In this document: one piece after another, positions 29,523 through 37,520 of the stretch
How the letters are laid out: every line of letters begins with the position of its first letter
Numbering within the stretch: the first letter of the stretch is position 1
Source: Candidatus Latescibacterota bacterium
Lineage (GTDB): Bacteria; Latescibacterota; UBA2968; UBA8231
Assembly: GCA_965242865.1 (NCBI GenBank)
Contig: CBDETK010000013.1
Location: forward strand, 2,880,001-2,944,000
DNA: 64,000 bases
Direction of reading: 5' to 3'
Notes under the pieces: generated by a model
What the model was told of the DNA's origin: nothing
Database searches by the model: none
The model's input: the letters and a program-made list of their open reading frames with translations, nothing else
Position numbers and translations under genes: made by a program

Positions 29523-31478
29523 TCAATAGGCGACGGCAACGGGCCGGATCCGCACTTGGCGTTTCCCGCCGCTTTCGACCTCGACTTGGCAGAGGTACAG
29601 CCCCGGTGCCACGGGCTGGCCGGATTCGTCGCGCCCGTCCCAGCGGCGCGAGTGCCGTCCTGCGCCATCGGCCCCGGCATGCACACGCCGCACCAAGTGA
29701 CCGCTCAAATCCCGCACCAGCACCTGCACGGGCACTGGCTCGGTCACTTTGAGCAACTCGTAGGCGATCTCCAGTCGATCGTTGATTTGGTCGCCGTTGG
29801 GGGTAAAGGCCGCGGTGCTCAGCGACACGGCCCCTAAGACCGCATCGTCTAGGGTCATGGCCTGAACCGAAAGCTGGTTGCCGTCCACGAGCTCGTTGGC
29901 CTCGCCCGCGGCCACGAGCTGGCCGATCTCGGCTGGCTTGGTGCTGTCGAGCACCCGGCCTTCAAAAATGGCGCCAAAGCGAAAAATTTCAGCGCGCACA
30001 TCCACTTCGAGCAGCTCGCGGCTGCGGGCGACATCGAGCCGCGGGAAGCCCAAGACTACGCCGGCATCCTCCGCTGCGGCACTGAAATCCGCCACCGGGA
30101 CGCCGCTGAGGCGCACGGCCTCCACGCCGGCGATCCGGCCGCCGACCAAGCGCAGGTCCAAACCGTCAAACCCTTGGTCGCCCGGTTCAATCGTCGGGCG
30201 CAAGGCATAGGTGAATGTGCGTTCCTCCGCCACGGCCGCCCGCCAAGGATTGACCTCGCCCACCAAGCCGGTCACCAAGCGCGGGGAAACGGCGAATTCG
30301 AGATAGTCGAGCTGACCGCCCGCTTGGCCGAAAGACTTGAATTCGATCCCGAGCTGCACGTAGCGGTGCGAGCGCGTCGCCCGCAGGGCCACGCCCGCGC
30401 TGTCGGCAAATTCGTACGGCGATGACCACAGTTCCCATTGAGCGGTGTCATCGGTGATGGCGCCGCGCGCGATCGGCCCCAAGCGGCCGTAGCTTTTGCG
30501 GGTCAGCAGCTTGCCGTCCTCGCCAAAGGGCACCTGCTCGTCGCCGCGGAAGGTCTTGCGCCAGTACACGAGCGGGGTCTCGTCGGCCCCCGCGCGCGAG
30601 CGAATATCCACGTGCGCCCCTTCGTCCTGCCGCCCTTGCCAGCGCACCCAGCCCAAATTGGCGAATTCGCCTAGGTCGAGAACATTGGACTGGTACGAGG
30701 CCGAGCCTTGGAAACCGCCGCCGTACACCTCCAACTCGGCCAAGTCCCATATCTCGTCTTGCGGCATCACGTGGATCATCAAATAGCGGATGGGCGTTCC
30801 GTCTAGCTCAATGTCGAGTTGTGGGTTTTTGTTTTCGCGAATTTCCGCGACCACCTGCAGCTCAATGCCCTTTTTTTCGTCGGCCTCTCCCAGCGAGCGG
30901 CTCAGCGCGCTCGCGCCGACGAATTCAATCTCGTCAATGCCGCCCCCGGCCTCGGTCTGCGCGGCAACGATGACGTGGGCCACCGAGCGCTCGCTTGCCA
31001 CCTGTGGGACGAAGCGGATCAACCGCGTCGCAAAATCGCCGCCGAGATCAAAGAAAAAGGCCGTGCCGCGGAAGGTATGGGCGTGTTCCCTGGGCCGGGT
31101 CTCCAAAAAAAACGTCGTCGGGTCTCCGTCGGTCACCACGCGCAGCTCGTCGCCGACATCTTCAAAGCCATTGTACGCGCCGTGCTGGAAGTTGCCGCCG
31201 ACCCCGCTCAAGCTGGTCGCCATATTATCGCGCTCGTGGTAAAAAAACGGCGTGATCTGTTCGCGGAGGGCAAGCCCAAAGCTCTCGCCGCCCAAGTTCC
31301 GGTCTAAGTCAGCCCAACTCAACTGGCGGAACTCGGCGCCGGCCTCCACCTCAACCGGAGGCGGCAGACTCTCGCCGCCGATGCGATAGACGACCAAGGC
31401 CGAGGTCGCGCTTGGCTGGCCGCCGAGCACGGCCAACAGGGCCGCGATGAGCCGCGTGGTGCGCTGCACTGTTTTCAC
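29523..31478 (-). CDS. Secreted protein with discoidin-like domain and C-terminal FlgD-Ig/type-B CTD-like domain
   Basis: GTG start with GGAGG RBS; TDGDPTT, FDLGG; C-terminal FTPNGDQIND...WDGRDESG...PGLYL...VAY. Confidence 0.8.
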   Translation of the reverse strand: MKTVQRTTRLIAALLAVLGGQPSATSALVVYRIGGESLPPPVEVEAGAEFRQLSWADLDRNLGGESFGLALREQITPFFYHERDNMATSLSGVGGNFQHGAYNGFEDVGDELRVVTDGDPTTFFLETRPREHAHTFRGTAFFFDLGGDFATRLIRFVPQVASERSVAHVIVAAQTEAGGGIDEIEFVGASALSRSLGEADEKKGIELQVVAEIRENKNPQLDIELDGTPIRYLMIHVMPQDEIWDLAELEVYGGGFQGSASYQSNVLDLGEFANLGWVRWQGRQDEGAHVDIRSRAGADETPLVYWRKTFRGDEQVPFGEDGKLLTRKSYGRLGPIARGAITDDTAQWELWSSPYEFADSAGVALRATRSHRYVQLGIEFKSFGQAGGQLDYLEFAVSPRLVTGLVGEVNPWRAAVAEERTFTYALRPTIEPGDQGFDGLDLRLVGGRIAGVEAVRLSGVPVADFSAAAEDAGVVLGFPRLDVARSRELLEVDVRAEIFRFGAIFEGRVLDSTKPAEIGQLVAAGEANELVDGNQLSVQAMTLDDAVLGAVSLSTAAFTPNGDQINDRLEIAYELLKVTEPVPVQVLVRDLSGHLVRRVHAGADGAGRHSRRWDGRDESGQPVAPGLYLCQVEVESGGKRQVRIRPVAVAY

Positions 31479-31497
31479 GGTAGCACCTCCAAGAAGA

Positions 31498-31526
31498 AGG
31501 GGGAATGGAACCAGCCCATCCCCCCT
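31498..31526 (-). terminator. Intergenic stem-loop (partial terminator or mRNA stabiliser)
   Basis: Minus strand AGGGGGGATGG-loop-CCATTCCCCCT followed by TCTTCTT. Confidence 0.6.
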
Positions 31527-31554
31527 CGTCCTTGCATCTTGCGAGCCGGCCCGC

Positions 31555-32505
31555 TTACTGGACGTAAGCAGACTTGATGCGGCCCCAGCTGTTCTCCTCG
31601 ACCGCACTCTCAATCGCCCCGAAATCGACGCGCGGATCAACGGGGGCCAGCAAGAAATCCGTGGCCGAAGCCGTGGTTTTCCACACATCGCTGGCCCCGG
31701 AGAGAGACCACTGGCCAGAGTGCTCGGCGTCTTGGCCCACGCCGCCGTCGGCACCGGCTACGTCGCTGTCGAAGACCGCCCAGCCCAAGCCGGTGATGTC
31801 GCCCTCGTTGTAGTCGTGGATGACGCTGCCTTCTGGGTCGTTAAAGAGAAAATCATCCCAGGCTTGACGCCGCACCTCGATAAAGGCCGTGGCCTCACCG
31901 CTGCCAATCTCGCCGTCCAAGCGGAAGCCGTGGTCGGCGTAGGGCTGTTCGTCGTGCCACTGCGCTTGGGTCATCCAAAACCACGACCAACTCTCTTGGC
32001 CGTCGGGGCCGAGGTTCGGGAAGCGGGTGTGGTAGGACTGCGCCCAGCGGCCTTGGGCCAAGGTGCGCTCTTCTTCGTCCTCAATGTCGGCACTGCCGAA
32101 GCGCATCTGCTCGCCGCCGTGGTCGCCATCAACGTGCATTTCCCAGCTATCGTCGCCGCCAGCCACGCCGCCCATGGCGTCGCGATCGTAGAAGTCGTCA
32201 AAGCGCTCCATCATAAAGTAGAGGCTGTTGTTCGACTCGCTCCAGCCGACGATGATGCGGAAGTTCAAGTCGCCGAAATCGGCCGGCTTTTCGCCGTTGA
32301 ACGCGGTGTGCTCGGCAAAGGAAATTGAGTATTCCTCGGGCACGATCGCCCATTCGGACAAGTCGCCATCCAGCGTTGGCTCGAGGCCGGCCGGCCACTG
32401 GAAGGCCGTGCGCACAGCCCCCTCGGGCACGTGCGCCGTAGCCGTGGCGACGACGCCCATGCACAGGGCCAGTGCGAGCAAAACAGTGATTCTCTGCAAA
32501 ATCAT
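31555..32505 (-). CDS. Secreted CBM9/DOMON-like protein with C-terminal SAVE..SWGRIK tail
   Basis: Signal peptide; PTLDGDLSEW, GW.....LYF, DD..E..VDGD and GW...DSD motifs typical of CBM9-like folds; GGAGG RBS. Confidence 0.7.
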   Translation of the reverse strand: MILQRITVLLALALCMGVVATATAHVPEGAVRTAFQWPAGLEPTLDGDLSEWAIVPEEYSISFAEHTAFNGEKPADFGDLNFRIIVGWSESNNSLYFMMERFDDFYDRDAMGGVAGGDDSWEMHVDGDHGGEQMRFGSADIEDEEERTLAQGRWAQSYHTRFPNLGPDGQESWSWFWMTQAQWHDEQPYADHGFRLDGEIGSGEATAFIEVRRQAWDDFLFNDPEGSVIHDYNEGDITGLGWAVFDSDVAGADGGVGQDAEHSGQWSLSGASDVWKTTASATDFLLAPVDPRVDFGAIESAVEENSWGRIKSAYVQ

Positions 32506-32612
32506 CCTCCTTGGTTAAGGGTCCTATCTTCTGAGTTAAAACAAATGCTTCTGTTGCGCGACCTGATGGCCGCTACTGCCCTCGGGCAACGACCTCCTTT
32601 CTTGGTTGTAAT

Positions 32613-34145
32613 CTACGGGAGTGTTTGCAAGTGCGCGATGCGGCTCTGCGCCGCGGCCAGCGCCTTGTCGTCGCCGCGCCAGTGCCGGACAAAGGCCCCG
32701 TAGGCCAGGTGCGCGGCCGCGACCGCGCCTTGTTGCTCGTAGGCTTGGCCCAGCGCGTAGTGGGAGCGCGCATGCGTGGAATCGCGCCGCACGACCTCCT
32801 CAAACTGGGCGATGGCCTCGGCCAAGGACTCGCGCCGGGCCAAGGCCATGCCCAACCCATAGTACGCGTCGCCCAGCTCGGCGTTGCAAGCAAGGGCAGC
32901 TCGATAGGCGTCAATGGCTTTTGCCAAATCGCCCCGCAGGGCATGGACATTGCCCAAGGCATTGTGCGCCTTGGCGTAGCAGGCGTCGAGGGCGAGGGCG
33001 CGAGCAAACGCTGCCTCGGCCTCGGCCCAACGCTGCTTTTGGGCGTGGGCAAAGCCCATGGTAAAATGCGCTTCGGGCGCATGCCGGCCCCGCGGTTCGT
33101 GCGCCGCGATGGTGCCAGCCAAGTGCGCGGCGCGCTCCACATCACCCTGCCGCAGGTGGAGCTGGACCACCGCGGCCAGCGCGTCAACGTGCTCGGGCGC
33201 GCGGCTGAGAACCTCCTGATACGTGTTCAGCGCGTCCGCGTAGTGCCCCAAGCGCGTCTGCGCCCGGCCCAGCTCCAACCGCGCTTCCACATTGCCGGGA
33301 TCGCGCACCAACGCCTTTTCTAAGGCCTCCTCTCGATCCGCCAAGCCGAGCAAACCCTCTAGACGCACGAGCATGGCTTCGGCTTCGTCGTAGCGGCCTT
33401 GGGCCGAATACAAATTCGCCAAGTCGTGGTACGCCGCGCCGTAGTGGGCGTCGAGGGCCACGGCCCGGTTGAGCACCTGCGCGGCTGCTTCGTACCGCTT
33501 TTCGTTTAAGTAGAGCCGACCCAAGTCCCGCCAGATTTCTTTGCGCTCCGGCGCCAACTCGGCCGCTTCCACCAACACCTCTTCCGCACGCACACTGCGG
33601 CCCTGTTGGCTGTAGAGCAAGGCTAGGGCCTGCCTCGCCTCCACATCTTGGGGGGCGATGTACAGTGCCTTCAGCAGGGCCTCTTCGGCGCGCTCGTATT
33701 GCCCTTGCTCCTTTGCCAGAAAGGCCAACAGGCGATAGGAGCTAGGCGATTGGGGATCGAAACGCAACGCGGCTTCTACGGCCGCTACGGCCTGCGGGTA
33801 GCGGCCGGCTTCGAGGTGGGCAATGGCCAAGTTGTGATAGGAGGGGATATACGTCGAATCCAGCGCAATGGCCCGGGCAAAGTGCGGGGCCGCGGCCGCG
33901 CTCTTGCGCTGCAAATGCGCCAAGCCGAGGTAAAAGTGCGCGTCGCGGGACAGGGAATCGCGGCGGATGGCCTCTTGATATACGGCCGCGGCTTGGTCGT
34001 AGCGGCCCTGATCCAAATACGTCCTCCCCACCGCGAGCAAAGGCTCGCCTGCTGGCGGCTCTTGCCGCGCTTGGCCGCATCCCCCCAGCGAGAGAAAGGC
34101 GAGGAGGGCGAGGAGGGCGAGGCGATCCACGGGCGAAAAGGACAT
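32613..34145 (-). CDS. Tetratricopeptide-repeat lipoprotein
   Basis: Lipobox LGGC followed by more than 10 TPR units. Confidence 0.88.
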   Translation of the reverse strand: MSFSPVDRLALLALLAFLSLGGCGQARQEPPAGEPLLAVGRTYLDQGRYDQAAAVYQEAIRRDSLSRDAHFYLGLAHLQRKSAAAAPHFARAIALDSTYIPSYHNLAIAHLEAGRYPQAVAAVEAALRFDPQSPSSYRLLAFLAKEQGQYERAEEALLKALYIAPQDVEARQALALLYSQQGRSVRAEEVLVEAAELAPERKEIWRDLGRLYLNEKRYEAAAQVLNRAVALDAHYGAAYHDLANLYSAQGRYDEAEAMLVRLEGLLGLADREEALEKALVRDPGNVEARLELGRAQTRLGHYADALNTYQEVLSRAPEHVDALAAVVQLHLRQGDVERAAHLAGTIAAHEPRGRHAPEAHFTMGFAHAQKQRWAEAEAAFARALALDACYAKAHNALGNVHALRGDLAKAIDAYRAALACNAELGDAYYGLGMALARRESLAEAIAQFEEVVRRDSTHARSHYALGQAYEQQGAVAAAHLAYGAFVRHWRGDDKALAAAQSRIAHLQTLP

Positions 34146-34216
34146 GTCGTAGATTCTTTTTAGAGTGGCGAGTGCTTGTCGGTATTATATAGTATGTACC
34201 TACCAACTAAGTCAAG

Positions 34217-34334
34217 AAAGAAAGTGCCTCGCAATTTGGCGTTTTTCGGCCGGGCGGCGGTCCGTTTCCTCGCGCTCTTTTTTCCGTTCGCAAGCTGCGA
34301 GCCCCCGCTCCCGCAACCCCAAGCGGACGCCGCG
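34217..34334 (+). repeat. 118-bp direct repeat, left copy (island boundary)
   Basis: Identical to 44223-44340 except one G/A mismatch. Confidence 0.95.
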
Positions 34335-34340
34335 ACATAG
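34224..34340 (+). pseudogene. Truncated duplicate of the 5' end (signal peptide and lipobox) of the 44230 gene
   Basis: Reads VPRNLAFFGRAAVRFLALFFPFASCEPPLPQPQADAAT*; stops just past the repeat. Confidence 0.8.
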
Positions 34341-34434
34341 GGCGTCAGCGGCACTGCGGGCGACGATCCCATCGAGGTCGCCGTGCTAGTTTGGCGTCCG
34401 CCTTCCGGGTGCTCAGAGGCGCGGAGGTCTGCGA

Positions 34435-35535
34435 CTATCGTTCCCGCTTTCTATAGAGCTCTTCCATGGCGTCTTGCAACAAGCGGTTGAAGTTGATTCG
34501 GCGATTGTAGCACCGGCGATAGGCATCCACTCGGCTCAACGTCTCTTGGTAATAGCTCGGCACCGCGTACAGCCGCACGATTTCAGTGGCCATCTCTTCT
34601 GTGTTGCCGACTAGCCGTATGGAGCGCATCCGGTCGAATTCGGCTAGTTCCCGGATGCCAATCGAATCGAAGGATACTACCGGCTTGCCGCAATGGATTG
34701 CTTCCAAGGCAAAAATGCCAAACGCTTCCACGTCGGCTGTCGAGACGACGCAAAGACACGCCGCGAACTGTTTTCTCACCTCGGCGTCAGACAGGGATGT
34801 TCGGTTGAAGTGAATTGGCCGTCCAGCCCGTTCATTAGCTTGTACGAGTTCCCTAGTGTATGCGGGATACAGTGAGTCGTCCAGGCCTCCAGAGACGCGG
34901 ACCCCGATGCCATAGCCGTGCAAGCGGCGGGCTAACTGTATAACCGCGTCGAGGTTTTTGCGCGGTGCTATTCTCGTCGGGCAAAAGGCGAAGGGACGCG
35001 CTGTGGCTCCAGCCGCCGACTTCCATATTCCATGGCGGATTTCGTCGTCGGCCTTGGTGGGCAGGTTGTAGCGCACCCAGATCGAATCCAATCCAAAGTG
35101 GCGTCGCAAGAATTGCTGGAAAAACCGGGCAAAGACCACGACGCCTAGTAGGTTGACCTCGTGTAGTAGGCGCAGGCAGCGGGCCTTTGTTTCCGATGGT
35201 AGTTCCACGACCGTCTCGAATGGAACCAGCACCGTATCGGCGGCTACCTGTTCCTTGGCGACCAGTTGCAACGCGGCGAACCCACAGGCAAATACGATGT
35301 CGGCGGCTTGGAGGTCTCGACGTAGCTCTACCGGCAGTTCGCATTCTTGTGGACTGAATCGGTAGTCGAGCTTGCCGCGAATCAGGTCCGCATTGGTTAT
35401 ACAGCGCACCGCTTGGTGCCGCTTTCGCACATAGTCGTCTATCGACCGAATGACTTTCTCCGCACCCCCTTCCAGTTCGTACAGATAGGGGGCGATCAGT
35501 ACCGCTTTGTCTTTATCGGGTGCGATCGATTCCAT
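34435..35535 (-). CDS. GT-B (family 4-like) glycosyltransferase
   Basis: GGAEKV N-terminus; RIAPRKN; EAFGIFALEA..CGKPVV. Confidence 0.85.
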   Translation of the reverse strand: MESIAPDKDKAVLIAPYLYELEGGAEKVIRSIDDYVRKRHQAVRCITNADLIRGKLDYRFSPQECELPVELRRDLQAADIVFACGFAALQLVAKEQVAADTVLVPFETVVELPSETKARCLRLLHEVNLLGVVVFARFFQQFLRRHFGLDSIWVRYNLPTKADDEIRHGIWKSAAGATARPFAFCPTRIAPRKNLDAVIQLARRLHGYGIGVRVSGGLDDSLYPAYTRELVQANERAGRPIHFNRTSLSDAEVRKQFAACLCVVSTADVEAFGIFALEAIHCGKPVVSFDSIGIRELAEFDRMRSIRLVGNTEEMATEIVRLYAVPSYYQETLSRVDAYRRCYNRRINFNRLLQDAMEELYRKRER

Positions 35536-35539
35536 CGGA

Positions 35540-36193
35540 CTAAGGCTCCAAGTTAGAATCGGTTAGTGCGTCCAAATGGGCGCGATAGGCCCAGCCTTTA
35601 AGCACACCGCGCAATCCACCGGCTTCGTCATGTAGTTCGATTTGGCTGACGGCCCCGTTGGGAAAGTCAGCGGCCAACAGGGCTGCCAGATCGGCTTGCG
35701 GGCACAAGTCTTTGATCGTGGTGTTGAATAGCCCGCCGTGGCCGACAATCACGATGTGTTCGCCCCAGCGGTTGGCTACCGCCTGCCGCAGTCCCGCCTG
35801 CATCCGGCCCCACAGCGCGTGGTAATTTTCGCCATTGGGGAAGGCGGCGGCGTGGTCGCCGGCATACCACGCTGCGAAGATGCGGTCGTGGAGCGTCCAA
35901 GCGGCTTGGGTGGGCGGCTCTCGTTCCAAGCGGCCGACATCGACTTCGCGGAAGGCTTCGACGATATGGACCGGGAATTGGTGTGGACCGGCAATGCACA
36001 CGGCGGTTTGCTGCGCCCGCTGCAAGGGCGAGGCATAGACCGCCGCGATGGGGAACGACGCGAGGTACGCGGCCGTGCAGTGCGCCTGTCGCCAGCCTAA
36101 CGGCGTGAGCGGATAGTCCACGATGCGATGGGAAAACTCGCCGGTCTGATTAGCGCGGTTCTCTCCGTGACGCACCAGCCACACCGTGTTCAC
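35540..36193 (-). CDS. Histidine phosphatase (phosphoglycerate mutase family)
   Basis: LVRHGE, SPLQRAQQTA and VGHGG motifs. Confidence 0.92.
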   Translation of the reverse strand: MNTVWLVRHGENRANQTGEFSHRIVDYPLTPLGWRQAHCTAAYLASFPIAAVYASPLQRAQQTAVCIAGPHQFPVHIVEAFREVDVGRLEREPPTQAAWTLHDRIFAAWYAGDHAAAFPNGENYHALWGRMQAGLRQAVANRWGEHIVIVGHGGLFNTTIKDLCPQADLAALLAADFPNGAVSQIELHDEAGGLRGVLKGWAYRAHLDALTDSNLEP

Positions 36194-37254
36194 CGACTCA
36201 GTGCCTTCAAGACGCGCCCGAGCAGCGGCTGCTCCTCGGCGGCCAGCGCGGCGAGCGTCCCGCTAGCCCGCGTGAGAGTGTCGGGCCGCTGATGCGTTTT
36301 CCAACGCAACAGCACTAGACGCAGCCTGCGTACCTTTCGCTCGATTGCACCAAAGCGCATCCCAAGCTGCTCCTCTGGATCGAGATAGCCCTGCGCTTCC
36401 ATGTACTGCAACCGCGCCTGCATACACGTTTTGTGTTCCCATAGGATGCGCCACGAGATGTCGCGGTAGGCGGCCGGATTTTTCAGTTCGCGCTGGAGAA
36501 ACCGATAGATGGCCGTGCCCCAAAAGCCGCCCTCTCGCGGCACGGCTAATAGCCGGTAGCGCTGCGACGTGTCGGACGCAGACAGATAGTCGGTCAACTG
36601 TTCGGCCACCGCACAGGGGTCAAAGGGATATGGCGAGTCGGGCAAATACTTGTAGAGGAACACTCGGGGCCGGTCTTCCATCGCTTGAAGAAACCACGGC
36701 GGCAGCGACCGGCCGGCTTGCAACGCCTGCTGAATGTGGCCTTCGCGGGTGAACGAACTCGCTTGTTCCACCACGTCAAACGGCATGTGAGAGATTGCGT
36801 AGCCGCCCTGTTCGTCGAAGCCGGACAGCACCAACGTGCGCTCCTCGGTGTCATAGCCAGACACGAGTACTTCGTGGATGAAGTGGTGCCGCTGATAGTG
36901 CGGTCGGTTGGGCAGATAGAAGAAGTCGACATCCGTCTGGACGTAGTAGCCCCGGTCAATACACGAGACGATCCACGGGACGAAATCAGCGGTGCCCAGC
37001 CCTAACACTTGGCGGTCGATGGTCTGGACGTCGAGGAAGGGGCAGGTGGAAAAATACACATGGCGCACCTCATGGCGCGTGCTAAAGGGTTGGGTGTAGA
37101 ACTTCAATTCTTCGCCGGGGAAATTGAACAGTTGAATGTGAGTGCTGTATAGCCACGGCAGGTAGGCATCGGCTTGGGCGAGGATGGACAGCGGATACGT
37201 ATTGAACAAATAGGAACAGATTGGCGGCGAGTGCTGTGGTAGGGTGCGTTGCAT
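36190..37254 (-). CDS. BtrH-like / papain-fold putative ACP-dependent acyltransferase or peptidase
   Basis: N-terminal Cys (ICSY), D.FYLP...Y...HFIHEVLVSGYD and C-terminal LWEHK..M..RL; adjacent to ACP. Confidence 0.6.
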   Translation of the reverse strand: MQRTLPQHSPPICSYLFNTYPLSILAQADAYLPWLYSTHIQLFNFPGEELKFYTQPFSTRHEVRHVYFSTCPFLDVQTIDRQVLGLGTADFVPWIVSCIDRGYYVQTDVDFFYLPNRPHYQRHHFIHEVLVSGYDTEERTLVLSGFDEQGGYAISHMPFDVVEQASSFTREGHIQQALQAGRSLPPWFLQAMEDRPRVFLYKYLPDSPYPFDPCAVAEQLTDYLSASDTSQRYRLLAVPREGGFWGTAIYRFLQRELKNPAAYRDISWRILWEHKTCMQARLQYMEAQGYLDPEEQLGMRFGAIERKVRRLRLVLLRWKTHQRPDTLTRASGTLAALAAEEQPLLGRVLKALSR

Positions 37255-37262
37255 GATGGAAC

Positions 37263-37520
37263 TTACACCCTCTGCTTGCCGACGACGTATTCAGCCAGCG
37301 TCTCTACCGAATCAAACAATTCGGCGGTCAGTTCGTCGTCTTCGACCGTGATGCCAAATGCCTCCTCTATGACGGAGACGATCTCTAAAGTGGCCATTGA
37401 ATCGAGGTCCATGCCTCCACCGAACAGCGTCTCGTCGTCGGGAATTTCCGCTGGATCCACGTCCAATCCAAGCGCGGCGACGATCAGGCACTTGATCTGC
37501 GCTTTCAGGCACCCGGACAC
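37263..37520 (-). CDS. Acyl carrier protein
   Basis: 85 aa, acidic, DLDSMATLE phosphopantetheine Ser motif, IEEAFGI. Confidence 0.9.
   Translation of the reverse strand: MSGCLKAQIKCLIVAALGLDVDPAEIPDDETLFGGGMDLDSMATLEIVSVIEEAFGITVEDDELTAELFDSVETLAEYVVGKQRV

Noticed and set aside
24841-31478. Flagellar hook-cap (flgD) genes
   Set aside because: Only the C-terminal Ig-like domain is shared; the proteins have Sec signals and there are no flagellar genes nearby
34097-34124. Short tandem GGCGAGGAG repeat as a phase-variation tract
   Set aside because: 9-bp in-frame unit encoding LALLALLA of a signal peptide; cannot frameshift
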